Source: Anaerococcus sp. (lineage in GTDB: Bacteria > Bacillota > Clostridia > Tissierellales > Peptoniphilaceae). Taken from it: a DNA stretch of 64,000 nt. Location of the stretch: NCBI RefSeq assembly GCF_030825785.1, contig NZ_JAPJPG010000001.1, positions 3,335-67,334 of the forward strand. Direction: 5' to 3'. The position numbers and the translations under genes were made by a program. The notes under the pieces were generated by a model. It worked only from the letters and a program-made list of their open reading frames with translations, did not search any database and was not told the origin of the DNA. Below, one piece after another: positions 1 to 8,464 of this stretch (positions are counted from its first letter, which is position 1; each line of letters opens with the position of its first letter).

Positions 1-1303
1 TATCTCCTATAGTTTGTGGGTACCAGTTTACGCTTTTGTTGTTTTCTACCATGGCATCTGAGAACTTGCTCATTTCTATATACCAGGATGGTTTTGCATA
101 ATATACTAGTGGTGTGTGGCATCTCCAGCAGTGTGGGTAGTTGTGCTCTATAGTTTGTTTGTTAAATACCTTGCCTTCTTCTTGGAGATGTCTCCAGATT
201 TTTTCGTTTGTATCAAAGATAAATTCACCCTTCCAAGGAGTTTCTGTAAATGCACCTTCAAGGTCAACTGGTTGGACAAAGGCAAGTCCATATTTTCTTC
301 CTATTTGGTAGTCGTCCTCACCAAAGGCTGGAGCGGAGTGAACTATACCTGTACCATCTTCTGCAGAAACGTAGTCGGCAAGGGTTACGATAAAGGCCTT
401 ATCATCTCCTACATTTACAAATGGCATAAGTTGCTCATATTCCCAATATTCCATATCCTTGCCTGGGAATTCTTCTACGACTTCGTATTCTCTTTCTCCC
501 ATAAGATTTTCAGCTAGAGATTTGGCACAATAATAGTAAGAATCTTCCTCTGCTACGTAAAGCTTAGCGTAAGTAAGCTCTGGGTGAACAGATAGGGCCA
601 CGTTTGATGGGAGGGTCCATGGAGTTGTGGTCCATGCTAGGAAGTACTCGTTGTCAGTTCCCTTTTTCTTAAATTTAACTGTAAGGGTTATGGTCTTATC
701 CATTTGGTAGCCTTGGGCAACCTCGTGGCTTGCAAGACCTGTACCACAACGTGGACAGTATGGCATAACCTTTGCTCCCTCGTAGATATAGCCATTTTTG
801 AAGGCCTTATCTAGGAGGTACCATTCAGTTTCTACATAGTCGTTATCCATTGTGATATAAGGATCATCCATGTTGTAGAGATAGGCCATCCTATCTGACA
901 TCTCTCTCCAAAGGTCTGAGTATTTCCAGACAGATTCCTTACATAGCTTGTTAAACTTTTCTATTCCGTATTCTTCTATATCGTTTTTGTCATGAAAGCC
1001 TAGGGTCTTTTCTACTTCTATTTCTACAGGAAGACCGTGGGTGTCCCAACCTGCCTTTTTTAGGACCTTAAAGCCTTGCATGTTTTTGTATCTGCTTGTC
1101 ATATCCTTAAGGGTACGAGCGATAACGTGGTGGATTCCTGGCTTTCCATTTGCTGTTGGAGGTCCGTCGTAGATTATGTATTCGCAGGCTCCCTCACGGG
1201 TTTTGAAAGTCTCATCAAGTAGGTCTATCTCTTGCCAATACTTTTCTACTTCTCCTTCTCTTTTCCTAACATCTTTACTGTCTAAAGATTTAAATTCTGC
1301 CAT
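1..1303 (-). CDS. ileS: Isoleucyl-tRNA synthetase, type 2 (N-terminal part; runs off the window start)
   Basis: Manual translation from ATG 1303: MAEFKSLDSK...YDGPPTANGKPGIHHVIARTLKD...GWDTHGLPVE...AWTTTPWTLPSN...GTGIVHSAPAFGEDD. RBS AAAGGAG. Ile T-box upstream. Not in the ORF track because it is truncated. Confidence 0.96.
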   Translation of the reverse strand, partial: MAEFKSLDSKDVRKREGEVEKYWQEIDLLDETFKTREGACEYIIYDGPPTANGKPGIHHVIARTLKDMTSRYKNMQGFKVLKKAGWDTHGLPVEIEVEKTLGFHDKNDIEEYGIEKFNKLCKESVWKYSDLWREMSDRMAYLYNMDDPYITMDNDYVETEWYLLDKAFKNGYIYEGAKVMPYCPRCGTGLASHEVAQGYQMDKTITLTVKFKKKGTDNEYFLAWTTTPWTLPSNVALSVHPELTYAKLYVAEEDSYYYCAKSLAENLMGEREYEVVEEFPGKDMEYWEYEQLMPFVNVGDDKAFIVTLADYVSAEDGTGIVHSAPAFGEDDYQIGRKYGLAFVQPVDLEGAFTETPWKGEFIFDTNEKIWRHLQEEGKVFNKQTIEHNYPHCWRCHTPLVYYAKPSWYIEMSKFSDAMVENNKSVNWYPQTIGD

Positions 1304-1324
1304 CAATAACTCCTTTAATTTCTA

Positions 1325-1512
1325 AAAAATAAAACCGTCCTTAAAAAGGACGGTCCACCGTTTTAATAGACAATTTAACGCAATTGTAACGTAATAAACT
1401 ACTAATTCATTTATTAGACTAGAAGATGATCTTCACCCAAAACGCCTCTAGCAGCTTTCACCTAACCTGCCTCTCTTTTAGATTGATAGAGGGCTACTCT
1501 TCTTCTTAACGT
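1325..1512 (-). promoter_or_regulatory. T-box riboswitch, Ile (AUC) specifier
   Basis: Minus strand reads AAGAGTAG...AGAGAG...GGTGAAAG...GAAG-ATC-ATCTTC (Stem I, specifier at 1428-1430), then the terminator CCGTCCTTTTTAAGGACGG with a T-tract, upstream of ileS. Confidence 0.85.
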
Positions 1513-1565
1513 CATATTTATATTATAATATAATACTAAGACTGTTTTTTGTCAAATATTAATTC

Positions 1566-2051
1566 CTATATGTGTCTAACTATCTTAAACTTCTCTAAGT
1601 TATAAACATCAAACTCGTCGATATTGGCCCTGTCCTTGGCATCCTCATACATCTGATAGTCGCTTTCGTAGTCATTTCTATAAACTATAACAGGGTTGTT
1701 GTTATAATTTAGTAAGAGGCCGTGATAGACTCCGAAGTCTTCGATTTTGGCAATAGGTTTTACCTTATTAATCTCAAGAACTTGAATATAAATATCGTCT
1801 AGTTCATCCTTTCTGATAGCCAAGGCATTGTTGAAAATTCCGAGATTTACTGTCTCATTGATTATATCTAGGCCTATGTTTTTCCTGGTTGGATAAATTG
1901 ATCCTGCCCTTTCTCTCTTATCTCTCATTTTTATTTCTATGATTACACCGTTGTGGTTATCTTCAAATTCCTCATCGTACTTGTCGAGATATTTTCCTGT
2001 ATCTAGATAATGCTTTAAGGAATCGAAAGCTAGTTTTACAAATTTGTCCAT
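1566..2051 (-). CDS. AMMECR1-domain-like protein (divergent)
   Basis: Overall pattern FVKLA..SL.HYL..G / GV.. / GSIYPT / ELDD / KANI / LEKF..VRH resembles clostridial AmmeMemoRadiSam protein A. The LRGCIG motif is absent. Confidence 0.55.
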   Translation of the reverse strand: MDKFVKLAFDSLKHYLDTGKYLDKYDEEFEDNHNGVIIEIKMRDKRERAGSIYPTRKNIGLDIINETVNLGIFNNALAIRKDELDDIYIQVLEINKVKPIAKIEDFGVYHGLLLNYNNNPVIVYRNDYESDYQMYEDAKDRANIDEFDVYNLEKFKIVRHI

Positions 2052-2055
2052 TTTC

Positions 2056-2532
2056 CTATCCTAACAATTTCTCTATATCTTTTTCCATATTCTCTGGCTT
2101 CTTGTTTGATCCGAAGCGTGCTACTACATTTCCATCTCTATCTATCAAAAACTTAGTAAAGTTCCACTTGATGGCTTTTCCAAGTCCTTTCTTTTCTTCC
2201 TTAAGGAAAGTGTAAAGCGGGTCTTCATTTTCCCCATTGACGTCGATTTTCTTAAACCTATCAAAACTTGTCCCAAAGTTTAGGGCACAGAAAGAATCTA
2301 TCTCCTCGTCAGATTCTGGAGCTTGATTTGCAAATTGATTGCAAGGAAAGTCCAAAATCTCAAAACCTTGATCCTTATATTTCTCATACAAGGCTTCGAG
2401 GGCGTCGTATTGCTTGGTAAAACCACAGTGGGTAGCTGTATTTACTATTAGAAGAACCTTTCCCTCATATTTACTAAGGGATATTTCCTTATCATCTTTA
2501 TCTAAAACTGTAAAGTCATATACTTTCGTCAT
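2056..2532 (-). CDS. gpx: Glutathione peroxidase family protein (Cys type)
   Basis: Motifs GKVLLIVNTATHCGFT, FPCNQF and KWNFTKFLIDRDG. Confidence 0.95.
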   Translation of the reverse strand: MTKVYDFTVLDKDDKEISLSKYEGKVLLIVNTATHCGFTKQYDALEALYEKYKDQGFEILDFPCNQFANQAPESDEEIDSFCALNFGTSFDRFKKIDVNGENEDPLYTFLKEEKKGLGKAIKWNFTKFLIDRDGNVVARFGSNKKPENMEKDIEKLLG

Positions 2533-2634
2533 AAAGCCTCCTTAACTCTTCTAATATAGATTATACAACTTGGGATTATTTTTGCAGTTGACATTTCAAT
2601 AATTAGTAATATAATTGAATTATCATAAACTTTA

Positions 2635-2877
2635 TATAAAGAAGAGTAGTACAAGGACTTGATTACAGAGAGCTTCGTTTTGGTGAAAGAAGTAGATGGA
2701 AGTTGTATGAAGATGGTCTTTATCTAGGAGGCTTCGATATTAGAGGTCTACGTTAGCTTACGTTACAAAGCAAGGGTATGTTTGTACCTGATAAGTTTAT
2801 ATGTGTGAGCATATATTAAATTAAGGTGGTAACACGGATTTTCGTCCTTAGGTCTTTTGACCTAGGGACTTTTTTTA
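2635..2877 (+). promoter_or_regulatory. T-box riboswitch, Met (AUG) specifier
   Basis: GAAGAGTAG, AGAGAG, TGGTGAAAG, GAAG-ATG-GTC (specifier 2713-2715), T-box AAGGTGGTAACACG, terminator GTCCTTAGGTC-TTTT-GACCTAGGGAC with T-tract. Promoter TTGACA(2588)-16-TATAAT(2610). Confidence 0.92.
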
Positions 2878-2914
2878 TATAAATTTTATGAAATTTATTT
2901 AAGGAGTTACTATT

Positions 2915-4195
2915 ATGAGTAAATACAAAAACATCGATACAGCATGTGTCAGAGCAGGTTATGAAGCAAAAAATGGAGAGAGCAACCTCCCTCCAATAGT
3001 TCAGTCAACTACATTTTCTTACGAGAAGACAAGTGAGATTGCTGACCTATTTGACCTAAAGGAAAGTGGATTTTTCTATACTAGGCTTGGAAATCCTACT
3101 ATAGATGCCCTAGAGAAGAAGATAGCCGACCTTGACGGAGGAGTGTGTGCAGTAGGGACAGGATCAGGACAAGCCGCCAACCTACTAGCTGTCCTAAATA
3201 TAGCCAAGGCTGGAGATAATATAGTCGCTGTAAATAATATTTATGGAGGAACTTACAACCTTTTTGCAAGTACCCTAAAGGATTTGGGCATAGAAACTAA
3301 ATTTGTAAATTACAACGACTTGGATGAGCTTAGGGCTGCCATTGATGATAAAACAAAGCTAGTTTTTGGAGAAACTATATCAAATCCTAAGGCAAGTGTT
3401 CTAGATATAAAATCCTATGCAGATATTGCCCACGAGCATAATATTCCATTGATCCTAGACAATACCCTAGCAACCCCTGTCCTTCTTAGGCCAATTGATT
3501 TCGGTTGCGATATTGTAACTTACTCATCTTCTAAATATATAGATGGTCACGCAGCAGCCCTTGGTGGTCTTATTGTAGATTCTGGAAACTTTGATTGGGA
3601 AAAGGGAGATTTTAATAGACTTACCAAGCCTGATGAATCCTACCACGGACTTATCTTTGCTGAACAATTTAAAAACGCTGCTTACGGGGCAAGACTTAGG
3701 ACAGTTGGACTAAGAGATTTCGGAGCGGTTATCTCTCCACAAAACGCCTTTCTCACAATTCTAGGCCTTGATACCCTAGCTTTGAGAATGAACAAACATT
3801 CAGAAAATGCCCTAAGGGTCGCACAATTTCTTGAAAATAATGAAAAGGTAAAATCTGTTTCCTACTCTTTCCTAGAATCCTCCCCATCATATCCTTATGC
3901 CAAGAAATATCTTAAGGGAGGCTCTGGCGTCGTATCTTTTGAGATAAAAGGAGGAAGAGATGAGGCTAGCAAATTCATCGACTCTCTTAACCTAATCACG
4001 CTCGCTGTCCATGTGGCAGATGTAAGAAGCCTTGCCCTCCACCCAGCTTCTTCTACTCACAGGCAACTATCTGATGAAGAGCTCGAAAAGGTTGGAGTAT
4101 CAAAGAGCCTAATCCGACTTTCAATAGGAATAGAAGATGCGGATGATCTAATCGAAGATATAATCCAAGCCCTAGATAAGGCTGTAAGGAGATAA
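2915..4195 (+). CDS. metY: O-acetylhomoserine sulfhydrylase
   Basis: YTRLGNPT, PLP-lysine region SSSKYIDGH, ALHPASSTHRQL, LIRLSIGIE. Adjacent to metA and a Met T-box. Confidence 0.92.
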   Translation: MSKYKNIDTACVRAGYEAKNGESNLPPIVQSTTFSYEKTSEIADLFDLKESGFFYTRLGNPTIDALEKKIADLDGGVCAVGTGSGQAANLLAVLNIAKAGDNIVAVNNIYGGTYNLFASTLKDLGIETKFVNYNDLDELRAAIDDKTKLVFGETISNPKASVLDIKSYADIAHEHNIPLILDNTLATPVLLRPIDFGCDIVTYSSSKYIDGHAAALGGLIVDSGNFDWEKGDFNRLTKPDESYHGLIFAEQFKNAAYGARLRTVGLRDFGAVISPQNAFLTILGLDTLALRMNKHSENALRVAQFLENNEKVKSVSYSFLESSPSYPYAKKYLKGGSGVVSFEIKGGRDEASKFIDSLNLITLAVHVADVRSLALHPASSTHRQLSDEELEKVGVSKSLIRLSIGIEDADDLIEDIIQALDKAVRR

Positions 4196-4196
4196 G

Positions 4197-5117
4197 ATGC
4201 CAGTAATAATACCAGAATATTTAATATCCAAAGAAACTCTCGGCAAAGAGAACATATTCACCATGGAAGAAAATAGGGCCAAGTCACAGGATATAAGGGC
4301 CCTTAAGATCGGCATAGTTAATCTCATGCCTACCAAGAAGGAAACAGAAGTTCAGCTTTTAAGACTAATCTCAAACACTCCCCTCCAAATCGAAATAGAC
4401 TTGATAGCGATGGCAAGCTACAAGTCTTCGAATTATCAAAAACATCTGGAGAAGTTTTATGTAAGCTATGAAGAAATAAAGGATAAAAAATACGACGGCC
4501 TAATCATAACCGGAGCTCCCCTAGAGCATAAGGCCTACGACGATATAATCTACTGGGAGGAGCTTAAAAAAATATTTGAATTTGCAAAGAAAAATGTCTA
4601 CTCGACTCTTTTCATCTGCTGGTCTGCCATAGCAGCCCTTGATTATTACTACGGTGTGAATATCGACTCCTTGGATAAGAAAATATTTACAGTTAACAGG
4701 TACTATAAGCAAAGCTCCGATCCTCTCTTTCTGGGCTTTGACGATAGCTTTTATATGCCAAACTCAAGATATAAGACAATCAGAAAGGAAGAAGTCGAAA
4801 GAATTCCAAAGCTTAAAGTCCTCCTAGCCGATGATAAGATGGGATCTACTATAATTAAGAGTATCGACAACAGATTTGTCTTTAACCTAAATCATCTAGA
4901 ATACGATACTAATACCCTAGATGATGAATATAGGAGGGACATAAAAAAGGGACTTGGGACCAAGCCTGCCGAAAACTATTATCTAGACGATGATCCAAAT
5001 AAAAAAATTATCCAGAGATGGAGGTCAACTGGATACATATTCTTTAACAACTGGATTAACCACTATGTCTACCAACACACCCCATACAAGATCTCAGATG
5101 TAGAGACAATTAAATAA
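4197..5117 (+). CDS. metA: MetA-family homoserine O-acyltransferase, probably acetyl-specific
   Basis: NLMPTK..TE.QLLRL, ITGAPLE (Glu at the specificity position, associated with acetyl-CoA use), FICW nucleophile, HLEYD. Confidence 0.92.
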   Translation: MPVIIPEYLISKETLGKENIFTMEENRAKSQDIRALKIGIVNLMPTKKETEVQLLRLISNTPLQIEIDLIAMASYKSSNYQKHLEKFYVSYEEIKDKKYDGLIITGAPLEHKAYDDIIYWEELKKIFEFAKKNVYSTLFICWSAIAALDYYYGVNIDSLDKKIFTVNRYYKQSSDPLFLGFDDSFYMPNSRYKTIRKEEVERIPKLKVLLADDKMGSTIIKSIDNRFVFNLNHLEYDTNTLDDEYRRDIKKGLGTKPAENYYLDDDPNKKIIQRWRSTGYIFFNNWINHYVYQHTPYKISDVETIK

Positions 5118-5124
5118 AGATTAA

Positions 5125-5195
5125 AAAAGCAGGAGCTTATAAGCTAACTTGTTTCGTCAATTTTCGATTTGAGATAAGTTAGACCTCCTGCTTTT
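5125..5195. terminator. Long-stem bidirectional terminator between convergent genes
   Basis: Outer arms AAAAGCAGGAG / CTCCTGCTTTT and inner arms CTAACTTGTTTC / GAGATAAGTTAG. Confidence 0.7.
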
Positions 5196-5243
5196 AATTT
5201 TAAGATATTCATGGCTTAGAAGCATTTCTAAATTATGGATATT

Positions 5244-5528
5244 TCACTTTATCAGTCCATTAAATATTGATGCAGGTCCAGTCTTGGGATGCTGTCTTAT
5301 TAATTCCTTGTATAAATTAAAAACATTAGGGCTTAGGCCATTAGCTATGCCTTTTTCTAGATTTAGGATTGAAAGATCTTCCTTAAGATAATGGACCCTA
5401 TTCATAAAGCTTTTATCATGGTTTTTCTTGTATCTAAATAAGATTTTTTTCTCCTCTGTAGATGTTTCATCACCCTTAAGCAATTCATCGATAATCCTAT
5501 CTAAATTTTCTTCATTTAATCTATCCAT
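5244..5528 (-). CDS. Hypothetical protein (94 aa)
   Basis: ORF with purine-rich RBS (AGGGGAAG). No recognised motif. Confidence 0.55.
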   Translation of the reverse strand: MDRLNEENLDRIIDELLKGDETSTEEKKILFRYKKNHDKSFMNRVHYLKEDLSILNLEKGIANGLSPNVFNLYKELIRQHPKTGPASIFNGLIK

Positions 5529-5664
5529 AATTAATCTTCCCCTATTATTTTAATTTAAGGCTTTAAGTTTTATTTCATAAAGCCCCCACCTTATTCACTT
5601 ACCCTGTCCCTATGACTATAAACACGATATTCGTACAGAAAAATAGAAAAGATTTTACGTAAAA

Positions 5665-5859
5665 GGGGCTGTTGCAAAACTATGAATAATCATCGTACTA
5701 TCGTTAGAAGGTTCTCTTAGGAAATTTTACCTCTCCTGGCCGGTAGGCCTATTGCTGCCTGCCGACTGATGGAGTCGATTAGCCCGTCGGCTTAGTGAGA
5801 CTTTCCGTGGAGGTTCTTCTAACGATAACAGTACGATTTATTCATTCTGCAACAGCCCC
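5665..5859. repeat. 195-bp long-hairpin element with terminal inverted repeats (MITE-like or structured RNA)
   Basis: Perfect 12-bp TIR GGGGCTGTTGCA / TGCAACAGCCCC, with nested arms ATGAATAA, ATCGTACT and TATCGTTAGAAG paired to their reverse complements. Confidence 0.7.
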
Positions 5860-5864
5860 CTACT

Positions 5865-7052
5865 TTATTTTACAAATCTTTCTACTATCATAGCAACCCC
5901 AAGGTCTGTACTTGTGTTGATAGCTGTGGCTAGGGGGTCTACTATGGTTGCTATTAGGACCATGATTGGAATCGAGCTTTGAGGGAAGGCAAAGGCTGAT
6001 ATGAGGAATATCTCTCCAGTATAGCCTCCTCCTGGAACTGCCCCCATAACTGATGAGGCTATGACTGATACTGCTATAGCTGTCAAGAGATTAGAAGGAT
6101 CTAGTAAGTCTATGCCAAATATAGGGCACAAGAGGGCAATCTTTATTATTTGAATCAAGACCGTTCCATCCTTGTGGAGATTTGCCCCTATGGGAAGGAC
6201 TATTGAATTCACATCTTCTCTGATTCCAATTTTTCTTCCTGCCTCAAGATTTGGAGGAAGGGCTGCCGCAGAGGAACTTGTCCCAAAGGCTGTAAGAACT
6301 GGTGGCCACATGTATGTAAATAGCCTTTTGCAAGATTTAAGTCCTCCCCCGATAAAGGCCATGATGAAGTTTACAAAGAAGAAATATATGATTGAAGCAA
6401 GGGCAAATATCAGGATTGTCCTTGATAGGGGACCTACAATCTGTTTGCCATTTTCTCCTAAAAGGACTGCAAAATATGCACTCAAGCCAATTGGAGCAAG
6501 CTTCATTATATATGATATAATCTTTGTAACGACCTTAGAGGATTGGTCTATAAAGTCCTTTACAAGCCTTGCCTCATCAGCAAGCTTAGAAATAGCAAGT
6601 CCTACGAAGAAGGAAAAGACTATAAGGGCCATCAGATTTTCCCTGGAAAGTAATTTAGAAAAATCATCCACTGTAAGCATGGCGAGAAAATCGATACTGG
6701 GACTCTTCTCTATTTCAAAATCCTTGAAATTAAGGACAGCATTCTTGTTTGGGTCAAATATTTGAGTAAAGACAAGCATGTAAATTGCTGCAAATAATCC
6801 TGTAATAATAAATATAATAAACATGAGTCCTAATATCTTTCCGATAGTCTTGGTAGTCTTCATCCCAGTAATCGAAGATACAATTGATGTGAAAATCATT
6901 GGAACTATTGATACATACAAGAGATTTAGGAAGATATTGGCTACTCCTTGAAGGCTCTTTGCAGATTCTCCTAAGATAAGTCCTAGAATAGCTCCAATAA
7001 ACATCGACAGTAATAGTATTAGGGAAGATTTATTTTCTTTTAAAATTTTCAT
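5865..7052 (-). CDS. Dicarboxylate/amino acid:cation symporter (DAACS family)
   Basis: TAFGTSSSAAALP, LPIGANLHKDG, GAVPGGG, TAINTS. Start reassigned to ATG 7052 (RBS AAAAGGAG). Confidence 0.88.
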   Translation of the reverse strand: MKILKENKSSLILLLSMFIGAILGLILGESAKSLQGVANIFLNLLYVSIVPMIFTSIVSSITGMKTTKTIGKILGLMFIIFIITGLFAAIYMLVFTQIFDPNKNAVLNFKDFEIEKSPSIDFLAMLTVDDFSKLLSRENLMALIVFSFFVGLAISKLADEARLVKDFIDQSSKVVTKIISYIMKLAPIGLSAYFAVLLGENGKQIVGPLSRTILIFALASIIYFFFVNFIMAFIGGGLKSCKRLFTYMWPPVLTAFGTSSSAAALPPNLEAGRKIGIREDVNSIVLPIGANLHKDGTVLIQIIKIALLCPIFGIDLLDPSNLLTAIAVSVIASSVMGAVPGGGYTGEIFLISAFAFPQSSIPIMVLIATIVDPLATAINTSTDLGVAMIVERFVK

Positions 7053-7215
7053 TTCTAGCTCCTTTTGGGTAAAAAAATACCAGCCCATATTTTCCATAAT
7101 TATTATTTCAAATCTTGGAGAGACAAATGCTTTTAGAAAATAATGAGCCAGCATTTTATGCTAATGTGTATTGTTTTGGAATTGATAAATTCACATGGAT
7201 TAGGGAAGTCAAAAG

Positions 7216-7547
7216 CTAAATCCAAATCTTTTTTATAGATTTGATGTTATAAAAAGTTAGAATTTGGATTGCAAAGCGCTGAGGCTGCGGGTCAGATTGA
7301 CTTTTTCTAGGATTAATCCGCTGTGGATTCAAGTCATGTTGGTTTTTAAATAAGTGAGATGACGCTATTTTCTTCTCTCGAAAGCGTACTTTTTCTTTGG
7401 TTTTACTCCGCTTCGAAATCTCCATTTAGGAGATTTCTTGCTCCTATGTATCTGCCTTGTTTTTTCTAAACAAGATAGACTTTGAATCGCAAAGCGCTTC
7501 GCTACTTTGCGACCCTACCAGGGCGGGTAGCGGCGCGTCAGCGGCGC
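7216..7547. other. Multi-hairpin intergenic element directly after the metQ stop codon
   Basis: Several consecutive inverted repeats (e.g. GAAATCTCC-ATTTA-GGAGATTTC, CTTGTTT..AAACAAG, TCGCAAAG..CTTTGCGA, ATCCAAAT..ATTTGGAT). GCAAAGCGCT occurs twice. GC-rich right end. Confidence 0.5.
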
Positions 7548-8411
7548 TTACCAAGCAGGTATCCATGATCCTTTTGTTATTTCTTCCATGTCTTTTTTGG
7601 TTTCTTCTGTTTGGTAGTATTTTACGAATTCTTTGTATTGTTCGTTGTTTTCATCTTCTTTTCTTGCTGCTATTAGGTTGATGTATTGTTTTACTGATTC
7701 TGTTTTTGGGTTTTCTTTGAATACTGCTGTTTCTTTGTCGAGTCCTGCGTCTAGGGCGAAGGTGTCGTTTACTGCTGCTAGGTCGCAGTCGTCTAGGCTT
7801 CTTGTTGTTTGGGATGCGTCCATTTCTATTAGTTCTAGGTTTTTAGGGTTATCTGTTACTTTGTCGAGTCCTATTAGGTCGCCTGCTTCGCCTTCTACTT
7901 TGATTAGGCCTGCTTCTTGAAGTAGGAAGAGGGCTCTTGCTCCGTTTGTTGGATCGTTAGGTATGGCGATTTTGCCTCCATCTTCTAGCTCGTCAATTGA
8001 TTTGAGTTTGTTTGAGTATAGGGCCATTGGGGCAAGCATTGTATCTCCAATTGATACTAAATCTGAACCCTTTGATTCATTGAATTCGTTTAGGAATTTA
8101 TAGTGTTGGTAGGCGTTTAGGTCGATATCTCCTGCTAGAAGGGCTTCGTTTGGTTGGCTGTAGTCTGAGAATACTACAAGCTCTGCCTTCTTGCCTGTTC
8201 CTTCTTCGTATCTTTTGATTACTTCGTTTAGGACGTCGTTGTATTCACCAACTACACCTATTTTGATTGTTCCATCTTCTTTTTTCTTTGAATTCTCTTC
8301 TGTTTTTACTTGTTCTTTGCTGTCCGCTGGTTTTGCTTCCTTGTTTGCTCCACATGCGCTAAATCCTAGGACTAGAGCAAGTGCTAGGGCGATTTTTGTA
8401 AATTTTTTCAT
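7548..8411 (-). CDS. metQ: MetQ/NlpA family methionine ABC transporter lipoprotein (copy 2)
   Basis: Lipobox FSAC, FSDYSQPNEAL..GDIDLNAYQH, IAIPNDPTNGARAL. Confidence 0.92.
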   Translation of the reverse strand: MKKFTKIALALALVLGFSACGANKEAKPADSKEQVKTEENSKKKEDGTIKIGVVGEYNDVLNEVIKRYEEGTGKKAELVVFSDYSQPNEALLAGDIDLNAYQHYKFLNEFNESKGSDLVSIGDTMLAPMALYSNKLKSIDELEDGGKIAIPNDPTNGARALFLLQEAGLIKVEGEAGDLIGLDKVTDNPKNLELIEMDASQTTRSLDDCDLAAVNDTFALDAGLDKETAVFKENPKTESVKQYINLIAARKEDENNEQYKEFVKYYQTEETKKDMEEITKGSWIPAW

Positions 8412-8464
8412 TATTTCCTCCTATAATTTACATTTATATTATTAAAGATATAAATCTTAATAAC

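Noticed and set aside
116..517. 133-aa plus-strand ORF
   Set aside because: Antisense shadow of ileS, which occupies the minus strand here.
2056..2532. Selenocysteine glutathione peroxidase
   Set aside because: The active-site codon is TGT (Cys), with no in-frame TGA.
5125..5195. Second Fst-type locus, since its arms AAAAGCAGGAG/CTCCTGCTTTT match the 11434 terminator
   Set aside because: I found no small hydrophobic ORF, direct repeats or antisense promoter. It sits between convergent genes, as an ordinary terminator would.
7216..7425. 69-aa minus-strand ORF in the hairpin element
   Set aside because: No recognisable domain, and it lies wholly within inverted repeats. Better explained as non-coding structure, though not strictly excluded.
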